In this document: positions 52,171-62,263 of the stretch, one piece after another
Layout: each line of letters opens with the position of its first letter
How positions within the stretch are numbered: position 1 is the first letter of the stretch
IMG/VR virus record: IMGVR_UViG_3300025936_000020
Span: 1-64,000 of that record
DNA length: 64,000 nt
DNA from: a virus
Taxonomy: Duplodnaviria; Caudoviricetes
Direction: 5' to 3' (one strand)
Notes under the pieces: generated by a model
What the model was told of the DNA's origin: nothing
Database searches by the model: none
What the model saw: only the letters and a program-made list of their open reading frames with translations
Translations under genes and position numbers: made by a program

Positions 52171-55100
52171 CCGGCTCCTGAACGATGACCGAACCGGCCT
52201 CGGTGCCAGCGACAGCGTTCCTTGGCCGCCCAGTCCAACCACGCCAGGTCCCGCTATAAACCCTCCCAGCGCTGCCGACCGTGGCAGACCCGCACGTAAC
52301 CCTCCAGCACCGGCAATCGCCGCTCTGGCACCCCCTGCCGCCCCGCCTCCACCCCCACCGTAACGACTCGCAAGTTCTTCGAAAGCCGAATTGGCCTTGT
52401 CCACTGCTTCCCTGCCGGCCGGTTTCAGCCGGGAATACACCAGATCCCGTTCTTCATCGGTCAGCCTGCGCGAAAACACTGCAGATTCCGGAGCTCGGGT
52501 CCGGATGGCGGATACGATCGCTTGTTCCGGATTCGGGATTCCGAGCGCCGTTGCCTGGGCCACAGCCCTTTGAAAGACTTCGTCAGCCGTGCCCCAATCA
52601 CCGGCCATCGCCGCATTCAGGATGGCGTTGTAAAGCGGGGTCATCGGCGTGGCCCTGATATCGCTTCCGGACGCTGGCTGCCTGCGCCGCGCTTCCAGGC
52701 TATCCGGCGTGGCTGCCCTGAGCGCATTGCTGGCGTTCCTAAGATCAACCAGACCTTCGCGGCCCGGCAACCGGTTGATGACGGCGCGCAGAGCCGGGTT
52801 GTAGCGCGCGAGCAGATCCAGCGTCGGGCCCGTGTAATCCCCGCTCTGCCACATCTTCGCAGCCGCTCCGGCCAGGTCGGTCGCAAGATTGTAGAGGAAG
52901 ACCGGGTTCCGGTATCCGAGCTTCCCGGGCGTATCGGTAAACATCTTGATCGCGCTGCCGATCATTCCCCAATAATTCGCAGATATGGAGGTCAGGATCT
53001 TCAGCCGTTCTTCGTCCGTTTCCGCATCCCAAAACCCGGGCGTGTTGGCCAGCGTATTGTAGAGCGCCTGGTTCACCTTCTGGCCTGCCGTCGTTCCAAA
53101 GAGGGAGGCTACTGCGGTAGCCGTCAGGAACCCGAACACGGCGGGCAGGTAACGGGCGGCGTAGGTCTTCTGGCCGCGAACCTTGGAATACAAATCCCGC
53201 ATCCTATCCGTGTTCCAGAGCCACCATTGGCTCAAGACTCCAAGCATCTGCCGCTCCCTGCTGCCCATGAAAAACGTTGGCCGGGTGTTCGGCGTGGCCA
53301 TGTTCGCGTCTTCGGCCAATGTGAACTGGAGCGCCCACCGTTGGCCGGGTGTCATGAAAGCCGCGTTGCGGTCCCCGTTCGCGTTCCTCTGGTTCCACCA
53401 ATACTTCAGCATCACCAGATCCACCGGATCATTGTTTCGCGTGAACATCCGCCGGATCATCACCGCGGCCTTCCGCACGTTGAGCGGGTTGTACCGGCCA
53501 GTCAGCTCGGCCGGGGTAAGCATGATCCCGAGATGATGCTCGCCCAGCAGGTGCAGGGAGAACTGTTTGAAGTTGTTCCCGTATTGTTCGTAGAGTTGCC
53601 GAAACTTTGGATCGGATTCCAGGCGCGCGTCGAAGGATCGGATGGCCCTCTTGCGCAGCATGTCGGCGATGGAGTTGCTGATGGCGATTGCCTGGACGTT
53701 GATCGAATTATCCACCTGCCGCATTCCAACCTTGCGCCACAGCGCGGCCCATCCCCTTGGCAGCATTCCCAGCCGGCCAAAGATTTCGGAGCGCAGGCTC
53801 AGGTTCGGCTCGGCGCGGATGTCCCGCAGCGCATCCAGCGATCCGCGAAGGTTCTGGAGCAACGGCCGTTCCCTGTCCCAACCAAGCGCGTCCTTGTAAT
53901 CGTAGGCGTCGATGACCCCTGATCTTCGCATCTGTTCCCAGTCCTGAATGTCCGCAAGCAGACCGGTGAACTGTTCGGCCACAGGCTCCATCGCGTCGGT
54001 CATCAGGCTTTTCATGATCCGTTCGCGGTCGGTCTTCGGAACAAACTGCCGCTGCACGGCGCGCATGAACGTCTTAACGTGATTCTTCAGGAGCGTGGGG
54101 CCTGCCCTCAGCCAGCCTCCGCGCATGACTTCGGCCAGCTTCATCGCCCAGGTCACTTCGCCGGATGCCCGGTTAACAATCCATGTCGTTGGCGAAAGCA
54201 GCACCGTTCCGACTGAGGCGTCGAACATGGGCTTGGCCAACTGGCTGATAAGATCGTCTCCGTAGAATTCCTCGCGCCTGCGGATGATGTCGTTGAAATT
54301 ACCGAGAAGTTTTCCAACCCGATCAATGTTGGCATTGAGTTCCTCGAGCGTCATTTGGTGGCGTTGGAGCAACGACGGGCCTTCTTCACCGATTCCTTCT
54401 GTGACCACCTTCGCGGCTTTCATCCGCGTTCCCACCGATTCGTTTCCGTAGACTTCGTTCAGCGTTCCCAGCAGCTTCCTTTTCTCCTCCAGCAAAGCGT
54501 TCTCCACCAGCTTCAGGTAATCACGAACCCGCACCACATACGGTTCCAGCGCGTTGTTCCCCTTTCGGATCACATCGATCGGGTCGGTTATCCCGTAGCG
54601 ATACAGGGATCCAGGCGCCACCTTGCCTCCGCGCGCCTGGGTGTATTCGTTCTCGTAGGAGACGATCCCGACCCTGGCCGAGGTCTCCTTCTTTTCGTTA
54701 TCCTCCTGCATCTTTCGCATGTAGCCTGAGACTTCCTCGATCAGGGCCCTCCGGACATCCCCGGCGGTGGCCGGCATCTCCATTTCCCCCAGGTGCATGT
54801 TGTGGAGATCGGCGACGAACTGCGACAGGTCCTGGATGTTGGTCGGCATTTGGTTGTTTGCCATCAACTCCTGCTCATCCTGCCGGATCCGTTTGTAATC
54901 GCTGGCGAACCGTCCCTTGCCGAGCATCACGTAGTCGCGATCGTCTTCAAGGACATGGCCCAGGACCAACTTGATGAAGTTGTCGTTCTGGTTCAGGAAC
55001 GTGTCCACGTTGTTCCGCTCGACAGCCAGCTTCCACTGGGCCGGCAGCGCCCTGGATTCGTCGGTGAGGTAGCGGGTTGTTGTTCCCGGGCCCCTGGACA

Positions 55101-58100
55101 GCGCGAGCCTCAGGACATCCATGCTGCGCTCCTTGCGCCCGGGCACGGCAGGCTCCTTGACCATCGTCTGGAACTCGCGCACAGCCGGGATCTTCTCAGC
55201 CCCGCCGCTCAGTTTGATCAGGCGCTGGTCGTAGCCGTACTGGCTCTTTACGGCCTTCATGTCCTCGGCCGTGATGACGTGGCCCCATCCGCCGATTCGG
55301 TCGCCTTCCCGATAAACGATCTGCCCGAAGTGCTGCATCGAATCGATGATCGGCCCGGCCACTTCATCGCGCCATTGCCGCAGCGTCTTGACGTCGTCCT
55401 TCAATCCGTTAGTGTGCGAGCGCAGGGCGATCAGGTTGTCGTTGAGCATCCGGTTCCTGAACACGCGCGCGATCTCGTATTCGGTTTTGACCGCGGAGGC
55501 AAAAGCCCCAAGGGCGCGGGTGGTTTGCGCCGGAAGGATTCCCGGGATCTTGGACAGGTTGCTTTCCACCAGCAGGAAGTATTTCAGCTTGGTGATTTCC
55601 TTGATCGGATCGAAAATCGGGTCCTTCAGGATGTCGAAGTTCGGGTTCAACGCCATCAGCGGGTGATACAAGTTCTCCTCAAAATGCCGCCACCATGCCG
55701 CCTTGAGCGGATCTGCGTCTGGACGATTACCGTACTCCAGACCTGCCTCGGCCAACTGTGCCATCATCTTCAGCGTTTCCTGGCTTTCACCCTTTTCAAA
55801 TCCGAGATTCAACCTGACTTCGTTCCCGGTCAGCGGATGCTTCAGCTTCACGATCCATCCGTCATCGGTTCGCTCCATGCCAGATATCGCGCCAGTCGTC
55901 TCCTGCATGGCCTTCTCGAAATCCTTGAGGGTTGGGTCGGTGGCATGCTGGTTGATGAACTCCACGCCTTGTTGCAGGTTATTTCGGCGCTCCTCGAGAT
56001 TGATTATCTTTCGGTTCAGACGATTGGAGGCGGAACGTAGCGCGTCGGCCTCGACCTGTGCCGTGGCATATTGCCTCAGGATGGAGTCAAAACCCCTCGG
56101 AACCCGGGCCCGAAGGTCGTTCAGGTATTCCGCGTTGAACCGGCGCAGCGTACCGTCGTCGGCCATGCGCGCTTCCAGGAGTTCTTGTTTCCAATCGCCG
56201 CACTGCCGAAGCATCCAGAGCGTTGCTTCGATGACGTCCTCGCTCGCCGCTATGACGTTGTCCCCGTCGGGATCGCGCATGCGGTCCAAGTGCCGAGCGA
56301 GCGCCCTCACCCATTCGGCCGGCGTCGCGAACACGCCGCCCTCGAATCCGCTGCGCGCGGATATGAGTTCTAGGACTTCTTCGCCGGGCCGTTCCTCGGT
56401 CAGGGCCCTTCTGCCGACAAGATCACTGATGTCGCGCAATGCGTGCGACATGCCCACGGGCGATCTCAGTAGATCATTGAGCGCATCCAGATGGTCAATC
56501 CCTTCACGTATGCGCTCATTGACCTGAGCGCCTTCTGCTGTCTTCTCACGCTCTTCCTTGATTTTATCCAAGACCTGTCCGAGGGAATTCGTAGCGCGCA
56601 CCTCCGCCTCGTTCGTTTCCGGGATGGCTTCGATGGCGTCCAGAGTTAACTGCTCCAGCTTCCTGTTCGCCGTTGCCAGCCGGTTCTTTATCTTCTCCTC
56701 GTCGGCCTTGAAGCCCTGCCACTCCATGAGGGCATAGCGGGAATAATCGGATTTCTCCTCCGGTGTAAGGTCCGGGTTCCGCATGACTTCGCGGAACGAT
56801 GGCCCGGCCTCTTCCTGGTGCGTGGCGATGCGGCCGCCGTAGAGATCCTTCAGTTCTTCGCGGACGCCCTCAGGCAAAGCTGCGAACCGACCAGCCGCCT
56901 CCGGGTTGATCAGGCCCTTGTTGAGCACGGACGCAATCTCATGGAACTTCTCCGGCGTCTCGGTTTCCTCAAGCGGCTCCAGGAACTTTTCGATCTTCTC
57001 CGGCGACTCAAGCATCGCCTGTGGATCCCGGAGTTTTCCGTCGGGCGGCAGCACGTCGTAATTGCCCGACAAGATCTGCTTTCGCAAAGCGTCAGCCTGG
57101 GTGCGAAGACCCGGAACACTGCGCTTGATCGCTTCAATGATGACGCGGATCAGCTCCTTCACCTTCGCAACGAAACCGTCCTGAGCTGCCATCGCATCCT
57201 TGGCCTGGCCCCAAACCCCGATGCGTTCCTGGTTCCAGCGCTCGGTCAGCATGTGCGCGAAATACTCTTCCACGCTGGAGTACCGATACAGCTCGCGGTT
57301 GATGCCTGCGTCAATGAACTGGCGAACGCTATATTCGGATGCGGCCAGTTTCTTCAGATCCTCAAGATCCTTTCCGGTGGCCGTCTTCATCTCGCTGGCA
57401 ATGGCCTCGTCGCGCCAACGCTTCAGGTTGTTCAGATCCTCCTGCTTCAGCATTTCGAATAACGGATGGAAGAACTCATGCGCGCCGCTCAAGGGATCGC
57501 CGGTGCGGGTCATCTCGATGAGCTGCCGGGCCGTATCGTAGCGCGCGTCAAGGTTTCGCAGATAATCCACCAGCCTGAACCGGATCGGGCGCGCTGTGAA
57601 ATACTGCATGACCGGCGAGTCCAGCATGGCCCTGAGCACGGCCTTGGATTCATCGGGAAGGCCGTTTCTTGGATCATCGACCAACCTTCTGGCATCTTGG
57701 AGGTTCGCCTCTTGCGGTCCGCGAGTCACAGAATCTTCAAAAAATTCACGCTGTAATGCGAGGTCTCCGAGCGCTTTTATTACCTCCTGTTCGTTCAGAC
57801 CTTTGGCCTTTAACCAGGCCATGTAACGTTCCGGATTATCGACACGATCAAATCCTGCGATTGGCACGTTGCCGCGCCCTTGAATTTTCACGGTCGGAAT
57901 TAATGCGCCGCGCTCGCTCACTCCCCGCTGCAACTCATCCATCACTGCCCTCGCGCCTGCAATGTTGTCTCTGGCATAGTCCTTAAGCGGATGGCGCGTC
58001 AAAAACCACGCTATGTCCTCGGGCTTATAACCGAGGATCGCGCCGTGCAGATATCCCCACGCTGGCATCAATTCCCGCGTGTATCTGGCGACGTTCAACA

Positions 58101-61100
58101 GGGCCATTCTACGCTTCGCTTCAGCGGCGTTCTCCGGCTTATAGAAATAGACGTTGCCTTTACCGAATCTGTCCGTTCCTTTTTCAAGGACCAATCCCAA
58201 CTCCTGCGCGAGTCTCAGCCCTTCTCGGGCGCCTACCTCTGTTCCCAATTCCACGTACCCGAAAATGCGTTCTCCATTGGCCACAGATTCAACGGCGGCT
58301 TCTGCGTGCGAAAGACCTTCAGGCGGTTCCGGGCCAAATGTTCCTTTCTTACCCAAAGCCTTTAGCTCGGCATCGGATAACTTCAGCAGATCGAAGAACG
58401 GAAGAAGTTCTCGCGCCAATTCTGGAGTCACGCCTCTGCCGATCATTCCCTGCTCCCCAAACCCTCCCGGCGTCTCCTTCCTTACCCGAAGTTCATTGAG
58501 CATGAGATCGATCGCCTGGGCCTGTTTTTCAGGCGTTGTGATGTTGCTTTTGGGATCGATCTGGAATTCTTTCTGGGCGGCGATCGCTGCTCGGACTCTG
58601 CCCCAAAATTCTTCGCTCAACTGTTCCGCCGGTTTGTCCAGAAGATCGTTGAACAGCTCCGGATGATCCTTCAGGAGGTTGTCAAAGGTCCGTTTGACGA
58701 TGCCGGACATCCGGCTGATATAGCGCGGTTCGGCGGTTACGATGTTGCCGACCGTTCCTTCTTCTCCAGCCGGCTGATCAAGGCTTACATTTCCGGTTAC
58801 AGTCGTGCGCGGTCTCCCTGGCTGAGGCACGGTCCCGGCCGGTGTCTTGGTAGTAACGCCCCTGATCGTGTCGATGTCCCGGCTGGTGAAGTATTCGTTT
58901 TCACCGGAAGCGTTCCGGTTAGCAAACCTGCGCTCGTTGTTGGAGAGAAAGGCGAGGATTGCCCGCTTGTCGAACCACGCGCCCCCAGGAAGTTTGCCCC
59001 ACGATCCAGTTGGAAGTTCTGATAACGGAATCCGGTACGAGTAATGTTTCCCGCGCAGGAAATTCAGGAACCCGGCGGACGCACCAGACGGATTGTAGAG
59101 CATCCGCGCGGGCTTGATGTCGCCACTGTGCGGTTGAGGAGCCGGATGACGCCGCATCCGTTCCAGAGGAAACTCAGGAAGATCGATGGCCTGGTTGTTT
59201 TTGACTTCCATCCTGGCCGCCTTGTTCTCGGCGAGTTCCCTGGCGAGACCGGTGTTGAAGATGAACTCGTCAACCGGCGTGTCCACGTTCTCGATCTCTC
59301 CCGGCAGAGCAGCATCGGCCGTTGTTTCCTTCTCGGTGAGTCGAGGAACTTTAGACGGCTTGGCCAGAGGCTTTGGCGGATACAGCGCGTTCAGCCGGGT
59401 GACGATGTAATCTGACGACGGGCCAATGAAGTATGTCACCCCTCCGGATCCATCCACCCTCCGGATCTTCAGCCTCCCGGTGGCCTGGTTGTAGGCGTTG
59501 CGCCACGGTTTGCCTCCGCCAACAGCGGGTTCGTAAACGTTTCCTTTCCAGATGATCTTCCCGTCCTGCGTCACGGTCAGGCGCAACTTGACGGGTTCGT
59601 TGGCCTCAACGATCCGGCCGTCACTCAGTTGAATGATCGGACGCCCATTCTCGTCCTTGGTGTATTGCCCGACGTAACCGTAGAGCTCTACGATGTCGCC
59701 TTCCTTCGCTTCCGGGAGCGGGACCTGGACGACTTCTTCACGGGCAACCCCGCCGCCTCGTGCGCCAGCTTCCGCGCCACCGACATCGGCGGGCACTTTC
59801 CCCGCGCCTTCCGTCGTCCCTCCGGGCTGCTGCACAGTCCGAACAGGCCTTTCTGTTTCGATGTGTACGGCACTTGGAACCTCCGTTGTTGTTGGTGTCG
59901 GTTGCGTAATTCCAACCGGCGTTCGAACTTCCTCTTGAGCGAATTGGGCGGCAAGTCGGCGCAGTGGTGAAGCCGCTGGAATATCCCGCCTCAGCGCGCG
60001 CCTGAAGTCCCGTTCCAGAACTTCTCTTTGCGGTTCAGGAATGGCGGGCGGGCCTGCTGGCCGAATCGGGATTACTCCAGCCCGCATAGCAGCCGCAGTG
60101 CGCTCCTCGGGAACCTCCAATGTCTGCAATGTTTCCCGAAGGTTCCTGAAATTGACCTTCTGCAGCTCCCGCTTCAGCCGATCTGTCTCGATCAGGATGT
60201 CGCGCTCGTACTCGGCCGGGTGCCCGCGCGCATAGCCGATCACCCTGGGCACAGCGAACAGGAGGATGTTGCCGACGTTCTCCGCTATGGCATCGGCGAT
60301 CTGGTCGTCCTTTCCCTGCCTGACCATCTCTGCGTACTCGGGCAGGCTAATGACTTGGGTGGCGGCCTGCATGAGCGCCTGGTCGACGACCGTCTCGATG
60401 GCTTTCTGCGCGACTGGGCTTCCGGAAGCGCCAAGCTTATTGATCAAAGTCGCGGCCGTCGGCTTCACCCAGGTCCCGACCAGCGGGTACAGCGCGCCGA
60501 TGGTCGCCGCCTTGAGAGCTTCATATTCGGACCCGGTGCGTTCGTAGGCTTCCGCTCCGAACAGGCCGGAATAAACGGCGGCAGGCGGCAGCTTCGTGAC
60601 GCCGGAGATCACAGCTCCGGCTGCGAGCGTTGGGGCGGTTTTGACGGCCGAGATGCCTCCCCTGGTCAGGGCCGCGGAAACACCGGGAACCTGTTGAAGA
60701 TCCCGCTCCAGAGGTGTCGGTTCGTATGTCGTGAGAGCGCTCCGGACGTTCTCGAGAGTCGGGGGCTGACCTGTTTCCGGATAGGCTGCTCCAAGGCCGA
60801 TGTCCTCCACTGCGCCAGCGGCTACGTTGCCAAGACCGCGAAGCCCCCGGAAGAACGTGCCCAATGGATCAAACCGCATAACCAGGTCAGGAACGGCGGT
60901 TTGGGTGGCTAGGAGATTTTTCTGCTGCCAAAGATCCTGCCTGCGCTGATCCCTGGCTAAGGCCTCGTCGAAGTTGGCGCTGCGCCCGATCGCGTCAAGA
61001 TCGATTGGGGCGGGAGGAGGCGGAGGTTCAGGAACACCGGTGAGCGAGGGTTCCTGGTCAGATCCAATCGCGGTCCCCTCGACGGTTCCAGCTAATCGCC

Positions 61101-61131
61101 CGATCCTCTCCAGGTCCAGGGTGTCTGGCAT
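52078..61131 (-). CDS. giant (3017 aa) ejection/internal virion polyvalent protein with zincin-like metallopeptidase motif
   Basis: HEFFH (57466-57480) and downstream EEYFA; mostly helical; third of three abutting internal-protein-like genes. Confidence 0.8.
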   Translation of the reverse strand: MPDTLDLERIGRLAGTVEGTAIGSDQEPSLTGVPEPPPPPAPIDLDAIGRSANFDEALARDQRRQDLWQQKNLLATQTAVPDLVMRFDPLGTFFRGLRGLGNVAAGAVEDIGLGAAYPETGQPPTLENVRSALTTYEPTPLERDLQQVPGVSAALTRGGISAVKTAPTLAAGAVISGVTKLPPAAVYSGLFGAEAYERTGSEYEALKAATIGALYPLVGTWVKPTAATLINKLGASGSPVAQKAIETVVDQALMQAATQVISLPEYAEMVRQGKDDQIADAIAENVGNILLFAVPRVIGYARGHPAEYERDILIETDRLKRELQKVNFRNLRETLQTLEVPEERTAAAMRAGVIPIRPAGPPAIPEPQREVLERDFRRALRRDIPAASPLRRLAAQFAQEEVRTPVGITQPTPTTTEVPSAVHIETERPVRTVQQPGGTTEGAGKVPADVGGAEAGARGGGVAREEVVQVPLPEAKEGDIVELYGYVGQYTKDENGRPIIQLSDGRIVEANEPVKLRLTVTQDGKIIWKGNVYEPAVGGGKPWRNAYNQATGRLKIRRVDGSGGVTYFIGPSSDYIVTRLNALYPPKPLAKPSKVPRLTEKETTADAALPGEIENVDTPVDEFIFNTGLARELAENKAARMEVKNNQAIDLPEFPLERMRRHPAPQPHSGDIKPARMLYNPSGASAGFLNFLRGKHYSYRIPLSELPTGSWGKLPGGAWFDKRAILAFLSNNERRFANRNASGENEYFTSRDIDTIRGVTTKTPAGTVPQPGRPRTTVTGNVSLDQPAGEEGTVGNIVTAEPRYISRMSGIVKRTFDNLLKDHPELFNDLLDKPAEQLSEEFWGRVRAAIAAQKEFQIDPKSNITTPEKQAQAIDLMLNELRVRKETPGGFGEQGMIGRGVTPELARELLPFFDLLKLSDAELKALGKKGTFGPEPPEGLSHAEAAVESVANGERIFGYVELGTEVGAREGLRLAQELGLVLEKGTDRFGKGNVYFYKPENAAEAKRRMALLNVARYTRELMPAWGYLHGAILGYKPEDIAWFLTRHPLKDYARDNIAGARAVMDELQRGVSERGALIPTVKIQGRGNVPIAGFDRVDNPERYMAWLKAKGLNEQEVIKALGDLALQREFFEDSVTRGPQEANLQDARRLVDDPRNGLPDESKAVLRAMLDSPVMQYFTARPIRFRLVDYLRNLDARYDTARQLIEMTRTGDPLSGAHEFFHPLFEMLKQEDLNNLKRWRDEAIASEMKTATGKDLEDLKKLAASEYSVRQFIDAGINRELYRYSSVEEYFAHMLTERWNQERIGVWGQAKDAMAAQDGFVAKVKELIRVIIEAIKRSVPGLRTQADALRKQILSGNYDVLPPDGKLRDPQAMLESPEKIEKFLEPLEETETPEKFHEIASVLNKGLINPEAAGRFAALPEGVREELKDLYGGRIATHQEEAGPSFREVMRNPDLTPEEKSDYSRYALMEWQGFKADEEKIKNRLATANRKLEQLTLDAIEAIPETNEAEVRATNSLGQVLDKIKEEREKTAEGAQVNERIREGIDHLDALNDLLRSPVGMSHALRDISDLVGRRALTEERPGEEVLELISARSGFEGGVFATPAEWVRALARHLDRMRDPDGDNVIAASEDVIEATLWMLRQCGDWKQELLEARMADDGTLRRFNAEYLNDLRARVPRGFDSILRQYATAQVEADALRSASNRLNRKIINLEERRNNLQQGVEFINQHATDPTLKDFEKAMQETTGAISGMERTDDGWIVKLKHPLTGNEVRLNLGFEKGESQETLKMMAQLAEAGLEYGNRPDADPLKAAWWRHFEENLYHPLMALNPNFDILKDPIFDPIKEITKLKYFLLVESNLSKIPGILPAQTTRALGAFASAVKTEYEIARVFRNRMLNDNLIALRSHTNGLKDDVKTLRQWRDEVAGPIIDSMQHFGQIVYREGDRIGGWGHVITAEDMKAVKSQYGYDQRLIKLSGGAEKIPAVREFQTMVKEPAVPGRKERSMDVLRLALSRGPGTTTRYLTDESRALPAQWKLAVERNNVDTFLNQNDNFIKLVLGHVLEDDRDYVMLGKGRFASDYKRIRQDEQELMANNQMPTNIQDLSQFVADLHNMHLGEMEMPATAGDVRRALIEEVSGYMRKMQEDNEKKETSARVGIVSYENEYTQARGGKVAPGSLYRYGITDPIDVIRKGNNALEPYVVRVRDYLKLVENALLEEKRKLLGTLNEVYGNESVGTRMKAAKVVTEGIGEEGPSLLQRHQMTLEELNANIDRVGKLLGNFNDIIRRREEFYGDDLISQLAKPMFDASVGTVLLSPTTWIVNRASGEVTWAMKLAEVMRGGWLRAGPTLLKNHVKTFMRAVQRQFVPKTDRERIMKSLMTDAMEPVAEQFTGLLADIQDWEQMRRSGVIDAYDYKDALGWDRERPLLQNLRGSLDALRDIRAEPNLSLRSEIFGRLGMLPRGWAALWRKVGMRQVDNSINVQAIAISNSIADMLRKRAIRSFDARLESDPKFRQLYEQYGNNFKQFSLHLLGEHHLGIMLTPAELTGRYNPLNVRKAAVMIRRMFTRNNDPVDLVMLKYWWNQRNANGDRNAAFMTPGQRWALQFTLAEDANMATPNTRPTFFMGSRERQMLGVLSQWWLWNTDRMRDLYSKVRGQKTYAARYLPAVFGFLTATAVASLFGTTAGQKVNQALYNTLANTPGFWDAETDEERLKILTSISANYWGMIGSAIKMFTDTPGKLGYRNPVFLYNLATDLAGAAAKMWQSGDYTGPTLDLLARYNPALRAVINRLPGREGLVDLRNASNALRAATPDSLEARRRQPASGSDIRATPMTPLYNAILNAAMAGDWGTADEVFQRAVAQATALGIPNPEQAIVSAIRTRAPESAVFSRRLTDEERDLVYSRLKPAGREAVDKANSAFEELASRYGGGGGGAAGGARAAIAGAGGLRAGLPRSAALGGFIAGPGVVGLGGQGTLSLAPRPVRSSFRSRSLARGRRTRNLLRPVLARPRVGRRLRRLAL

Positions 61132-61135
61132 TCAA

Positions 61136-62260
61136 TCAGGGAATTGTTAATGGGCTGGTTGCAGCGCCGACCCTTGGAACATATCTTCCCCTGCCGGCTT
61201 TGACGAATTGATCGACCATCACCTGGTACGCGATTGCCTTCTGCCTGTCACCTCCCTGGACCATCGGAAGCTCGCGGACGATGATCGCTGAATCTTCTGG
61301 AAGGAGGAGCACGTCGCGGTTTGGACCGGCTGCATGACGGACAGCGCGAACTCCGGGACTCAGATATTCGACCGAAGGCGTGGCAGGTGCGGCAGGTGCA
61401 CCGGTCGTTGTTGTCGTCGGCGTGGCGGTTGCGCCGAACACCGTCGGCATCGCACCGACCATAACGGCTTTGAACATATCTCCAACGCCGCTGCTTGAAG
61501 TCGTTGGAGCCGGAAGATCCCGGACAGTGATCGATTGGTCCTCCGGAAGAACACCAACCGGAGTGGGCACAGCATTTGTGGTCACGCCAAGAGCAGCCGG
61601 GTTGTTGGTCGGTATGACGAGATTACCAGATGCGTCCAGTTGGGCCGGTCTGAACGTCTTGGTCTTTGGGTCGGGAATGACGAGCTGAAGATCTTTGTCT
61701 TTGTCAGTAATCAACTTTCTGAGCACGCTGTTGTAGGTGTCCGTCTCTACCTTGAGCCGCTTCGGATTGTTCGGATCAGCCCATGTATCCTCGAGTTCCT
61801 TCATCGAGCCGGGCCAGAGGCCGTTGAACCACATTGATTTTCTGTCGGCCTCCTTTTGTGCGGCAAGATTAGTCTCCAAGGCAGAGTCGTACGCGGCCTT
61901 GTACCTGGCTGCGGCGGCTTGTGCCGCGGCGTTGACTGAGGAAATCCTGATTTTCTCCGGATCAGCTTCGTAAAGCTTGAGCTGCCGGTCGATCTGGCTC
62001 TGCCGGACTTTCTCGGCATCCTGTCTGGCCTCAAACTCCCGTTCCCTGAACAACCGGTTGTAGTCCTGATTCGCCCTGGCTTCTTCCAACTGCTCCTGGG
62101 CAAGCTGCGACTGAGCGCCGATCTGCGCCCGTGCTATGGAGCCTGCAGCAGCCCTGGCCGCCGCTTCACGATCCGCCTGGCGCTGCGCGAATTCGCGCGT
62201 GAACAGGGCGTCGATCGCCGGATGCGTGCTGGCGAAGGGTTGAATGTCGTAGGCTGCCAT
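61136..62260 (-). CDS. putative ejection/internal virion protein
   Basis: Ala/Gln-rich coiled N-terminus and Thr/Pro-rich C-terminus; upstream of the giant gene. Confidence 0.65.
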   Translation of the reverse strand: MAAYDIQPFASTHPAIDALFTREFAQRQADREAAARAAAGSIARAQIGAQSQLAQEQLEEARANQDYNRLFREREFEARQDAEKVRQSQIDRQLKLYEADPEKIRISSVNAAAQAAAARYKAAYDSALETNLAAQKEADRKSMWFNGLWPGSMKELEDTWADPNNPKRLKVETDTYNSVLRKLITDKDKDLQLVIPDPKTKTFRPAQLDASGNLVIPTNNPAALGVTTNAVPTPVGVLPEDQSITVRDLPAPTTSSSGVGDMFKAVMVGAMPTVFGATATPTTTTTGAPAAPATPSVEYLSPGVRAVRHAAGPNRDVLLLPEDSAIIVRELPMVQGGDRQKAIAYQVMVDQFVKAGRGRYVPRVGAATSPLTIP

Positions 62261-62263
62261 AGA

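Noticed and set aside
56260-56274. DPDGD in the giant protein as a virion RNA polymerase DxDxD motif
   Set aside because: It is a short motif with Pro and no recognisable double-psi-barrel context, and is expected by chance in 3017 aa.
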